Below are positions 45,091 through 57,185 of a stretch of 64,000 bases of DNA, piece after piece. Source of the DNA: Eledone cirrhosa (lineage: Eukaryota); NCBI GenBank assembly GCA_964016885.1, contig OZ024743.1:277078001-277142000 (forward strand), read 5' to 3'. Position 1 is the first letter of the stretch; every line of letters begins with the position of its first letter. Position numbers and translations under genes: made by a program. The notes under the pieces were generated by a model, which was not told the DNA's origin, made no database searches, and was given only the letters and a program-made list of their open reading frames with translations.

Positions 45091-46265
45091 TGTTGTTGTT
45101 GCTGTCGCCGTTGTTGTTGTTGTAGTTGTTATTGTTGATTTTTATTTTGTTGGGTGGTGATATTATTGTTGCTGCTGCTGTTGTTGCTGTAGCTACTGTC
45201 GGGAATTTGATTAAATAAACATTCTATTTTATTTTAATTTGGAATAATTAAAACCAAAACAAAATCACTTTTCTCAAATGTTTCATTAATTGCAATACAA
45301 CAACAACCAGAACAACAACAACAACAACAACCAGAACAACAACAACAAGAACAACAACAAGAACAACAACAACAACAGTAACGATAACGACAACTACAGT
45401 CTAGCACACCACAGAAACGCATACACAATGATATGCAATCACACGTACAGTTACATATACACAGACATACTCACACGGACATATACAGACTCGCATGCAC
45501 ATTCAAACACCGGGCAGTCTCACATACTTACACACAAACTCACACACATGAACAGTCACACGCATACAGGCATATATATATAGTCTCACAAACACATAGG
45601 TATATACAAGCAGTCACACAATCCTGCAGTTTCTCACACACACACAGACACATATATTGTCTTAACACACACACACACACGCACGCACACACGCACACAC
45701 ACGCACACACACACACACACACACACAAATTCACATACTCTCACAGAAAGATAAAAATATAAATTTTTCGTCCCCGACAGCAGGATTCTCGCAAGAAAGC
45801 TTTCGTATTTAGACCCACTCATAGTAGTTTTTCACAAAAAATGTGCATAGTCGTATTAACGGACACGAGTATATTACTGGTCTTTAATACCGGAGGGATG
45901 GGTCGAAAGAATCAATCAGTGGCAGGAACTGAATTACAAAGTTTTAGTTTGAGAATTATGGTGGGTGAATGTTGCGAGAATAGCCTGTTTGAATGGGCCT
46001 ACTCTGAGCATTCGCCCGTAGGCTGGTTGATTTGAAGTCGAGAGGAGTGCCCATCCCGGGTGCTTAATTAATCATCCAGGACCTAATTAAGCACTGAACT
46101 TAATTTTTTTTCTGTTTTCTGCTTTCATTGTTCAACCTATATAGTTGACTCTGTACTTCTTCGAATGTTCAAGAATAAATAAGATGCCATTGTCCCGCCC
46201 CCCCCCCCCAAAAAAAAAACAACAACAGATATATATATCCCCACTACATTAAGTCTTAACAACTG

Positions 46266-46349
<84 letters not shown>

Positions 46350-46408
46350 AATGAAATAAAATAAAATAACAGGAGGCTGGACTGGTGTAAATCCTTGAAA
46401 GGTTTATT

Positions 46409-46466
46409 ATACTATGATCACTTCAATGACCGGGTTCCATATGAATCCGGTGATATCATCAGGTAT
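46409..46466 (-). ncRNA. Hammerhead ribozyme copy, predicted inactive (GAAA to GAAG)
   Basis: Reverse complement of 47520-47577, but reads CATT-GAAG-TGATCA-TA. Confidence 0.6.
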
Positions 46467-47519
46467 TGGAATATAACAAAGGAATATGTAAAAAACCATG
46501 GGTCCGAAAAATCAGAGACAGAGACAGAGAGGACGACTGACCAACTAGCTTCTCGGCCAGTCGCCCTCAAAGTGTTGGCAACTGAATCTACTAATGAATA
46601 TCTGGTGAGGGGGGCGAAGGCTTATAATGCACTACCACCGCTCCGTCAAAGAAGAAGGGGCAGAAAGAAAGGGAGAAAGAAGTGTTGTCTAAGGGTCATA
46701 CTACATTCATGCTAGAAAATGCCGAAAATGCGAAAAAATGCTACTCCAAAGAATCTATAATGGGTGTCTGTATGGTCTAAGGTGTGAACCGAAGATTGGA
46801 ACGTTAAACTTATGTTGCGAGTTATAGGATGAAATTAAATTAACTTAAAAATATTAAATTGTAAAATGATAAATTGAAAAATAAGTTATTATAGAATTAA
46901 AGGTAAAGGTAGCGAGATTTATTTATTTAATGAACTTACGGAGAGAGTCTTATATGAAAAAATTTATCTCGATAAGATATTAGGATGGGATATAGAGTAA
47001 AGATTTCGATTGGGACTCCCAGCCAGCACACCCCCCACCATGAGTCAGCCAGTCTCGAGTGGTATCGTCCAGTGAAAGAAATGGAAATTAATTTTTCCGA
47101 GTACTCTAGGAACGTAGCTACCTTAGGCTAAGGGAGCGCTAGCGGGAACTCCACAATTTCGACAGGCCATCGTCTATACCCAACGAATACTATTAAATCC
47201 CACATGAGGGGTTTATTTACGTGCCAGTAGAGGCATGATAAAGCTAATAGTTATGCTTAAACCTAGCATGAATGTAGCATGACCCTTACACTACACTTCT
47301 TTCTCCCTTTCTTTCTTTCTTTCTCCCCCTTCTTCTTTGACGGGGTGGTGGTAGTGCATTATAAGCCTTCGCCCCCCTCACCAGATATTCATTAGTAGAT
47401 TCAGTTGCCAACACTTTGAGGGCGACTGGCCGAGAAGCTAGTTGGTCAGTCGTCCTCTTTGTCTCTGTCTCTGATTTTTCGGACCCATGGTTTTTTACAT
47501 ATTCCTTTGTTATATTCCA

Positions 47520-47577
47520 ATACCTGATGATATCACCGGATTCATATGGAACCCGGTCATTGAAATGATCATAGTAT
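47520..47577 (+). ncRNA. Type I hammerhead ribozyme (minimal, palindromic stem III)
   Basis: Stem I ATAC/GTAT; CTGATGA 47524-47530; stem II with ACCGG/CCGGT; GAAA 47562-47565; stem III ATGATCAT palindrome; AUA cleavage site at 47573; AATAAA immediately after. Confidence 0.75.
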
Positions 47578-47774
47578 AATAAACCTTTCAAGGATTTACA
47601 CCAGTCCAGCCTCCTGTTATTTTATTTCATTTATAATTAACTCCGTATTCGCACCACCAACTACACAAACGAAGATGGGTGAACTGCACTGCGTTGAGTA
47701 CTCTTCACAATATTACACCAGGATTGACCATACGGAATGACCAGTTCTATCCAGTGGTGAACCAACAAACCTAA

Positions 47775-47809
<35 letters not shown>

Positions 47810-47912
47810 GGGACTACATTTTAACAACACGTCAGTTATTTTTAAAGACATCCAGGTGTGATTACAATGGAAATTAGCTGCTATTTCCAGCATATTAGTT
47901 AACCGTCTAAAT

Positions 47913-48242
47913 CAGCGTTTCTCAACCTTTTTACCTTTGTGGAACCCTTGAAATAGGTTCATGTCTCAGGGAACCCCTACATAAAAATTATTATATACCA
48001 TTATTAATATCTATCTCTTATATTGACCTAGTTTTAAATAATATAAGAGGTTGAAGCCTTTCTTAAAATAAACAAGGATTTTCCGACAATATGACGTAAA
48101 TGTATAGTAAAATTACGAATATAAAATTTTAAAAAAATTACTTTTTAAAATACATTAGTTTATTTATCACTCGTTTCGCGGAACCCCTAGCGACCTCTTG
48201 AGGAATCCTAGGGTTCCGGGGAACACCGGTTGAGAAATGCTG
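47913..48242. mobile_element. Non-autonomous hAT (Charlie/Buster-type) MITE, 330 bp
   Basis: 15-bp TIRs CAGCGTTTCTCAACC / GGTTGAGAAATGCTG (1 mismatch). 8-bp TSD GTCTAAAT at 47905-47912 and 48243-48250 with central TA. Subterminal GGAACCC repeats. Confidence 0.93.
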
Positions 48243-48559
48243 GTCTAAATGCTATCTTGCTGACCTGATATATCAGTCAAATTTGCTTTTACTATTTTAA
48301 AGTATTTTTAAAAGTAAATAGCAGTAATATCGTTGGATCGTTTCTATTGAATCTAAAAGCTTTTCATATTAACCCCATGCCTCAAAAACATTTGTTAGTA
48401 AATGTGATATTACAGAAGAATTACCTCTCTTGAGACACGAGCCGTGGCATCACGTCTCTTTTAAACAGAAGTGTATTTACTTAAGCATTGAAACATCGAA
48501 ACATTAGGACTAGCCATTGACCTACATCTATTTTTTCTCGTCCTCTAATAACTAATTTA

Positions 48560-49060
48560 ACTCCACTGTCAATGCTATACACTCTATTTTCCTGTCTTCG
48601 AAAAGACGATCCTTACACTCTCCGCACCCAACACTTCTTTCATTTAAATGTTACTCAAAGCAACAAAGTGATTTCTCTGGTTCCTTTCTCAATTTAAATT
48701 GCTGTCTCTGCCGTTCTGTGAACATTTTCTACCACCATCAGTTGTTCAACTGACCCTTACTCTATATTTAAGACACCTATCGTGTCATCACTATGACGTC
48801 TTAAATGCACATGACTCCTCTTGGCATATGTTCTCGTCCCTGTAGCAACTATGATGGTTCGGAGCCTGGATCGTTTGCCATCGTAAACTGTCTTTTACAG
48901 TTAATGTCATTGACCGACATAGCTCTATCCAAACATTCTTGACCTCTTTATTAGGATTCAAAACTAACTGGCAAACTCACATCTTTGGCAAGCTTACATC
49001 CTAATGTATGGCTCCTCTCCCTTCATCCCCCCCTCCTCGCAGGTTGTTTTAGCGAAAGCA
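48560..49060 (+). pseudogene. Possible very old CR1/Jockey-type LINE RT remnant
   Basis: Faint fragments PVF(E)K-DP (about 48591) and NILDL...NWQTHI-LASL (about 48932-48995). Heavily broken. Confidence 0.25.
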
Positions 49061-49469
49061 AAATAGAATTAAGATTTCTTTCCGTCAGATCAGACAACTT
49101 CAAAGGAAAAGGCTTTCCTTCTGATATTGAATTTTTAGATTGGCACGACTCCACAAACTTGTTGGCGAAGGATATCGTCGATTGAATCTAACCCAATATA
49201 TTATTTGGATATCAAGGGATATTAAGTCTGCAGCACTGCTCTATTTAACGTATCATTTTCTGAGCAATCTACAGGTTATATGAAAAAAGAATTCAGTTGC
49301 ATAGAAAATGAGATTTTACATAAAACACACGTATAAGACATAGAGATGCTTAGAAACACAAAATATTTCAGCCATTGGATGGATGTAATAGTTACTAATG
49401 CAAAACATCACCACATTTATAGTGAAGAAACATTCGTTTTGTTAATTAAAAAAATATAATAATAACTAA

Positions 49470-49612
49470 AGACGGCGAATAGACAGAACCGTTAGAAAGT
49501 TGGACTAAAAACATTGTGCTATTTCTTCTGCCTCTGTGATCCATGCTCAAATACAGCCGAGGTCAATTTTGCCTTTCATTCTTTCGGGGTTAACAAATAA
49601 TGTATTAGTCCA
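49470..49612 (+). mobile_element. SINE family A, degenerate
   Basis: GACAGAACCGTTAG head followed by GCCGAGGTCAATTTTGCCTTTCATTCTTTCGGGGT. Confidence 0.7.
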
Positions 49613-49885
49613 GGGTGGTTGATAGGCGGAATTGATAGAACGCAGGCATATTATATGAAGCCTGTATCTACTCTTTTTCTGCATATTGAATACGAGCATT
49701 TCCCTGATAGTAGCCAAGGCCTATTATATTTTCTAGGTTTATGGTAAATTTAATATAGATAATATAGCTACAGTTTTCGAATTAGAAGCTTTCGCAGTGA
49801 AAAGAATGAAGCGTAAGCACTTTCCATTCTTCTTCTCTACACAGAAAAACATTAGAGATCATCTTCATGCACCCTCAGAATTATA

Positions 49886-49968
<83 letters not shown>

Positions 49969-49997
49969 TATTATGTATATATACATACATATATATA

Positions 49998-50063
<66 letters not shown>

Positions 50064-50104
50064 CCACCTGTTTTCAAAGTCCAGCAGTTGCAAGGGCGGG
50101 AGAG

Positions 50105-50148
50105 ATCGTCCTGATGAGAACCAGTTGAGTTTGAAATACATCGACGAT
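50105..50148 (+). ncRNA. Type I hammerhead ribozyme (minimal) in a roughly 225-bp insert (50063-50288) between (AT)n and (CA)n
   Basis: Stem I ATCGTC/GACGAT perfect; CTGATGA 50111-50117; stem II GAAC/GTTT with loop CAGTTGA; GAAA 50133-50136; stem III AT-ac-AT; AUC site at 50142. Confidence 0.85.
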
Positions 50149-50285
50149 TGTCCACCTTGCTTCTGCCGGACACCGGTGGGTGGCGTTAGCTGCCAGTGTT
50201 TTTCCATAGCTATGGCTTTCTAAATGTTTATTTATAAACATACCGTATTTCTTTAGAAATATGAAATTCAAATATATGAATATGT

Positions 50286-50353
<68 letters not shown>

Positions 50354-50356
50354 AGT

Positions 50357-51230
50357 TATGTCGATGAGTCTCCATTTCTAGAACTGACCATCGCAAATGT
50401 TTAAATGTGAAGTATAGAAAATAGAAACTATTGTAGCAAGCAGCCATGATATATGACCATCAAGCATGCTGCCAATATATTGATGACGCATATGTAGTTG
50501 TTAAAGATAAGAAACAATTATTTGACCTGAAGGAGTCATTAACACACCATTCGGTAATTAAATTTGTGCACGATATAAGGATCAATAACAATGTTAATAT
50601 ACATGCACATACAGTACTTGTATCGCTGCCATTTACTCTAAACCTTCTACCAATTGTGTTTACCTCAATAAAACTACAGATTGTCCCCTTAGATACTACA
50701 TTATTGTCATAAAAACCGTTACGTAGTAGGACGCATTTAATATGTTGCAGCTCCATGTTGAAATTACTGGAATAAAGCAGAAATAATTCAGTAATGGATA
50801 TTAAAATATACTATATTATCTCGCCAAAATGTAAGCAGAAAACCAGCAATAGCAAAATTCTATGCCAAATCCCATAATAACAGATATACCGTGCATATAA
50901 CTTGAAAAAAAAAAAAAAAATAAAATAAAAACAAAGAAACAAATGCACATCAGCTGAAAAATAGATGGAAGTGTTATTAGAAATATAACAGAAATATCTC
51001 ATGTGTTAACGTTAGCAATAAATTCAATAACATTTTCTACAGTTAAAATAACTATTTATATACACAATAGCAAAGCATCTATCAGTGATAACCACATGGA
51101 AATAAAGTAGTTAGCTAACCCAAATCTTATGGTCAGCATTGGTAAAACATGCCCATGCCTTAATATATATATCTGTGCTTTTAAAAGAATACCCTACATG
51201 TTAAAAACAACTTCCTATTTAGTACCATCT
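50357..51230 (+). pseudogene. Decayed Penelope-like element reverse transcriptase and thumb region
   Basis: CCQYIDDAYVVVKDKKQLFDLKESLTHHSVIKFVHDI (YIDD RT motif, then the SxxKFT-like motif). In another frame IYSKPSTNCVYLNKTTDCPLRY...RTHLICCS matches the PLE vYxKPt...yLn..S.cP..yK...Ra..ics thumb. Frameshifted. Confidence 0.75.
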
Positions 51231-52358
51231 TCTTCCTTCTTGATGCTATTAGTGGAGTTTTGTATGTTACAAGCATTTCAACCAAGCTTCCTGTTGGGGA
51301 ATAACACAATCTCTTATGTGTTGATTTCCACCACTCCTTTTTATTCTTAGTGGTACAGTATGCCAGGTTGTGCAAATAGAAGATATTTCCAAGCGGGGGT
51401 CAGTTGTTAAATATTCTGTGCTAGGCCCATAAAGTGAAACCATGGAAGGATGCCCTCTCAGCTAGAGCATAATTTCGTATCTTCTACTCCGTTCATGATT
51501 AGTGTCCCAGCAAGTACAAGATTTCGATAAATCCAACCAAGACCACACTAGGCTCCTGAAGGGTGGTGGATTGGCGAAATTGTTAGAATATGAAACATCT
51601 TATGAGATGCAACCTTAGGAAACCGACAAAAAAAAAACGTACACATGTGTGTAACAACAATATACAACAGAATGTGAAGACCACCTGAAAATCTATAGCA
51701 ATGGATTTCTCACATATACTAAACCAACGAAGCCAATTTGAGTTTTCGGTTAGGACCTGATAGTTGCTACTATTGTATATGTGTATTTGATTAAGAATGC
51801 AAAGGAGTGTAATCACTGAATATAGTATGAGAATCAAACTATTTTTGTTCAAGCATCAAACAAAAAGGAGTCCAGTCCAATCCAATCCCAAACCTTCTCT
51901 TCCCCGTTCACCTCCACCACTTTCTCCTTGGTTTTGGTCATGTCAGCGGTGTAGCCGTACTCACCAAGTTCGGACAATTGCAGGTTGGTGAGGCTATTTA
52001 ACCATTGTTGGGATAGATGGATGTTGACTCTAAGGAGTTCATCCACCTTTTTTGTGTGCTGCTGGGGTCCCACTTACCTTCATCAGACTAGGGTCTGGTG
52101 AGGGAACCAGTTTAATTGCCGACCACTTGACTACACAGCAGGTTGCACTGGGTTACATGGTACCAATAGCAGACAGAAGCCTGGCTTGACCATATAAAGA
52201 GGGGCATAAGGCATAAAAAGATAAACATTAAACTTACAAACTGGACAAATATGTCTATCAATCAGTCAGAAGAGAAGAAAATGCACTACTTGTTGCTTTT
52301 GTAGGTCTTCCCGGACTGGGGACATCAAACAAACAGACAAATTGCCTTTCATGTGTAT

Positions 52359-52456
<98 letters not shown>

Positions 52457-52457
<1 letters not shown>

Positions 52458-52636
52458 CGGAGGAAATGTGGTAAGGAACCAGGTGGACCATAACGCACCA
52501 AAGTACTCAATACTTAGGGTAGTAGAGTGGGTAATAGGAACGAGTAGGACCCCGACGGCTGAGCTCAATCCGTTTCGACGGCTAATTCTGGACTGAATTA
52601 GCCGTCCAGAATTAGCCCGTCGGGGTCCTACTCGTT

Positions 52637-52640
<4 letters not shown>
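52457..52640 (-). mobile_element. Palindromic HHR-half element family, copy A, in (AT)n
   Basis: Homologous to 55988-56171 and 58629-58803. Inverted arms TAGGAACGAGTAGGACCCCGACGG at 52535 and 52617-52640. Confidence 0.85.
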
Positions 52641-52723
<83 letters not shown>

Positions 52724-53510
52724 ATGGGTCCACACACGCGCATGTATGTTTTCAGTTTGTTTTCACTGATAACACTATTATAGACGCCATTGTCCCTGCT
52801 GGTGGTGTTGTTGCTGCCGCTGCAGCTGTTGTTGCTGCTGTTGTTGTTTTCATTGACAGTCATATTACAGTTTTTTTTAAATACATTTATAAAGGAGTCT
52901 TAACTGATGCAACTATTATAAAGTAATTGTTTCAGACGTTTAATTTTATTATTATCACTTGATTCACATTCAACACTACCATCTTTCATTAAGAATATCG
53001 ATGTATGTATAGCTGTGTATCTCTACAACAGGTTATTACATTTTAACAACTAGAAGACAAGCAACAACAACAACCACCACAACAAACAATGACAATAACA
53101 ACTACAATAATACCAACAGTAACAGATTAACAATACCACCAACATTTATAACTACAAAAAAATATATCTAATTATAGTTATATCAAGGAAACAATATATA
53201 ACTGAAGCACACACACGCACGCATATACATACACACACACACATACACGCGCACACACACAACTCACATGCATACACAAACACAAAGACACATACGCACA
53301 TACACACACACACGCACACACACACACGCATACACAAAAACAAAGACACACACACACATATGCACACACACACACACACACACGAACATACACTCACCGA
53401 CAGGAACATACACACAAACTCAACCACACGCGAACAATTTTAGCAATCATCACCCTTTTTAACAATAATATTAATATTGAGATATATTTAAAAATATCTC
53501 TCTCTCACTC

Positions 53511-53652
<142 letters not shown>

Positions 53653-53720
53653 AACAAGCATACACACATCTATATATACTATTAACCGAAGCTGTATATA
53701 TATATATATATATATATATT

Positions 53721-54426
53721 ATACAAGGATCGGAATTAGATTATTCCGCAGTTCACAGTAATAATAATATTAGCTGAAAGAAGAACAGAGAATTTTCAAC
53801 TGAGCTTAAATACAAATATATTACACAGAGAGAAGTGTGTTACACAGTGAGATGTGTGTAAAGAATTATTACATATGGGTTTAACCGTTACTGTATGGAA
53901 AACAACACCTACAGGTTAGCAATTAAATAGATAGAACCCTCAGTCAGAATCAAATCTCCGAAGTAGAGTTTTAAATTACCAACCTTATAACTATAAGCTT
54001 GCTGATACGAATCTATTTAGTTTCGCCACTGAAATGTGTAGCGTACAAAACCACAGGTTCCTCAGTCGGGGCGAAAACACGTGTTTTCGCCCTGCTCTGG
54101 GCAGCGTGTATATTTGCGTTCTCTCTTTCCATTAGGCTAGATGTGTGGCCGGCAATTCCACACTTGCTGACTGAGGAACCTGTGGTTTTGTACGCTACAC
54201 ATTTCAGTGGCGAAACGAAATAGATTCGTATCAGCAAGCTTATAGTTATAAGGTTGGTAATTTAAAACTCTACTTCGGAGATTTGATTCTGACTGAGGGT
54301 TCTATCTATTTAATTGCTAACCTGTAGGTGTTGTTTTCCATATAGTAACGGTTAAACCCACATGTAATAATTCTTTACACACATCTCACTGTGTAACACA
54401 CTTCTCTCTGTGTAATATATTTGTAT
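53721..54426. mobile_element. Head-to-head inverted-repeat element (258-bp arms 53810-54067 and 54169-54426, 101-bp spacer) in (AT)n
   Basis: The arms are reverse complements; I count 3 mismatches. The spacer holds a perfect 24-bp palindrome at 54069-54092. (AT)n flanks both sides. Confidence 0.92.
54163..54238 (+). ncRNA. Type I hammerhead ribozyme with a full stem III
   Basis: Stem I CTTGCTGA/TCAGCAAG (8 bp perfect); CTGAGGA 54171-54177; long irregular stem II; GAAA 54212-54215; stem III CGAA-ataga-TTCG; GUA site at 54230. Confidence 0.82.
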
Positions 54427-54860
54427 ATATATATATATATATATATATAGATATGTATATATATATATACATAACTTATTTACACATATCTTATTTACGT
54501 ATTTCCCCGTAAATTGATAAAAACAAATAGCTTTACTTGAGTTTCCATCAACAGAGGCTATCTATATCTCTATTGCTTTACGGCAAAATACGTAACTGAA
54601 ACCTTTATATATTAATAATATGCGACCATAACAGCGAATTTGGTCTACTAATTTGAATAATTCTACTGATAGTTTACGGAGATAGCTAATTGAAGATATA
54701 ACACTCCACAGTGATTACCAGTTTCATTTAGTCCGATGATTCTCAATTGAAATAAAACTCGCTAGTCTCTGTGAGGAATTGTACCTTCAATTAGCTACCT
54801 CCTGTATATATATATATATATATATAATATAAGATCAAAAGATGGTTAAAGGAGTTCAAT

Positions 54861-54928
54861 ATATTTTATTATGCGCATTTCAAAAACAAACATCATCAAA
54901 CAATAATATTTGTGTTTTCATCAGATAA

Positions 54929-54933
<5 letters not shown>
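54861..54933 (-). ncRNA. Type I hammerhead ribozyme (palindromic stem III) in a roughly 110-bp insert within (AT)n
   Basis: Minus strand: ATGTTTTAT-CTGATGA-AAACACAAATATTATT-gttt-GATGATGTTTGTTTTT-GAAA-TGCGCA-TA-ATAAAATAT. Stem I 9 bp (1 GU), stem II 15/16 paired, stem III ATGCGCAT, AUA site at 54870. Confidence 0.85.
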
Positions 54934-55016
<83 letters not shown>

Positions 55017-55052
55017 CATACATATATGTGTGTGTGTGTGTGTGTGTGCGTG

Positions 55053-55152
<100 letters not shown>

Positions 55153-55675
55153 TACATTATGTAGGACGATAGCGACTTAGAAACGGACAGATTAAAACTC
55201 ACAAACAAACAAAACAGTTGAGATAGCAACAAGGACAACAACATCATCAATAATAACAACAATGACAACAACAACAACAACAACAATAGGCGAACGTTAT
55301 TGAATTAAAAACCTTAGTAATTAAACAGACAACATCGATTTGAAAAGCAAAAAGAAAAAACAAAACAAAAACAAATAAGCAAAAAATTAATAAATACTAA
55401 AAAATAATAGAAAAGGAAATACGTCGATATCGTAATATAAAGAGAACAACTAAAACAAAAAATACAAATTTAATTTAATTATCTCTTTCAATATTTCGTC
55501 GAATTAATGTATTACACAACATTATACTCCATATATATACATACATATATGTATATATGTATATATGTATGTATGCATGTATGTATGTATGTATGTATGT
55601 ATGTATGTATGTATGTATGTATGTATGTATGTATGTATGTATGTATATATATGTACATATATATATATATGCATT

Positions 55676-55713
<38 letters not shown>

Positions 55714-55823
55714 TTTGTATATATATATATATACATATATGTGTGTATATATATATGTGTGTGTATATATACATATATTTATATGCATGTATATATATAT
55801 ATATATATATATATATCTATATA

Positions 55824-55865
<42 letters not shown>

Positions 55866-55987
55866 TATATACACGGCATGACTATATAGTTTTCCATTCG
55901 TTATATTTTTGTTTCCACACTATTTTATGTATATATTTTGCAGTTTTAATCTGTTTAACTGTTATATATATATATATATATGAAAAA

Positions 55988-56171
55988 GTATGACCCCGAC
56001 GGCAGAGCTCAAGTCGTTTCGACGGCTCTTTCTGGAGTCCAGAAATAGCCGTCGAAACGGCTAGAGCTCTGCCGTCGGGGTCATACATATTCCTAGTTCC
56101 CACTCTACTACCCTAAGTATTTAGTACTCTGGTGAGTTATGGTCCATCTGGTTCCCTACCACAATTCCTTA
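55988..56171 (+). mobile_element. Palindromic HHR-half element family, copy B, in (AT)n
   Basis: 49-bp arms centred on G56037 (3 mismatches). GAAA at 56054, stem III CGGC..GCCG, GTC at 56074-56076. Confidence 0.85.
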
Positions 56172-56421
56172 TATATATATATATATATATAGAAGTGGTA
56201 ACACAACAGTTAGTTCACCATATTTCATAACTTAATTTCCTCGTTCACGTGACGGTGATGATGGTGATGGCCGTGGTATTGTTTCTATAATTAATATTCT
56301 TTCTAAATATTTCTTCCTGTAAGTGTTCATGTCTCTGCTCTGCGTATGTATGTATGTATGTATGTATGTATGTATGTATGTATGTATGTATGTATGTATG
56401 TATGTATGTATGTATGTATGT

Positions 56422-56978
56422 ATTCTCTTTCTCTTAATTTCGAGTATATTTTTTTGACCGGCCACCTTCCTGGTGGCAAGGTTGTAAAAGAAAAGAAATT
56501 GTCATCCCTTGAATCGCAAGAATGTTTTGCAAATTTTGAAGGTGCCAGCTATCGCAGTCATTTGCAGACTATGAATTAGGGAGCTGCGCTTTTTGTCCGC
56601 AAATCCAAGTTCAGTCATACTTTGGTCCAAGCGGGTTGGTATATAACCCGTAGCACCAATAATGATGGGTATGAAGCTAAAGGTGTATCTTGGATACTGG
56701 ATTTGTAAACTTCTCATCAATGGTCCGTAGATGTCCTCCTTCTCCTGTATTTTTCTGACAACGTTTACATCAAGTGGGCAGCTGATCTCCACAACAGAAC
56801 ACGTTTTCAATGTGTGGTCCCAAACTACAATATCAGGCCGGTTGTGCTTTAATTTGGTGGCAGTTTTTATTTTCAGGTTCCACCAGTATTCCTTAGTGCC
56901 ATCTGTCTCAATATATTCTTCCTCGTTTGTTGTTAATTTTGTTTTTCGAAGTGCGTTCCAGATGGTTCTAGCTATCCC

Positions 56979-56979
<1 letters not shown>
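56422..56979 (-). mobile_element. 5'-truncated R4/Dong-clade LINE 3' end (restriction-like endonuclease plus 3' UTR) inserted in (TACA)n
   Basis: Uninterrupted frame YWWNLKIKTATKLKHNRPDIVVWD..CSVVEISCPLD..KIQEKEDIYGPL..IPIIIGATG (PD..(D/E)xxP RLE motif), stop at 56502. Both flanks are (TATG)n. Confidence 0.9.
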
Positions 56980-57009
<30 letters not shown>

Positions 57010-57101
57010 TGTATGTATGTATGTATGTATGTATGTATGTATGTATGTATGTATGTATGTATGTATGTATGCATGCATGCACCTCTCTCTCTCTATATAT
57101 A

Positions 57102-57185
<84 letters not shown>

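Larger units (their letters stand above)
46345..47777. mobile_element. Head-to-head inverted-repeat element (arms 46345-46715 and 47263-47635, 547-bp spacer), PLE-terminus-like, inserted in (AT)n
   Basis: The arms are reverse complements; the near-identical ORFs 46395+ and 47286- reflect this. The right arm continues to (AT)n at 47778. Each arm carries an HHR fold. Confidence 0.85.

Noticed and set aside
46395-47591. Duplicated 101-106 aa ORFs on opposite strands (likewise the 74-aa pair at 53999/54013)
   Set aside because: These arise from inverted-repeat arms, start at TTG, run antisense to or across the ribozymes, and show no recognisable domain.
51390-52250. GC-richer segment possibly an RTE-type LINE 5' UTR with an HDV-like ribozyme; CTGATGA on the minus strand at about 52080
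   Set aside because: I could not build a nested double pseudoknot, and there is no GAAA/stem III for an HHR. Left unassigned.
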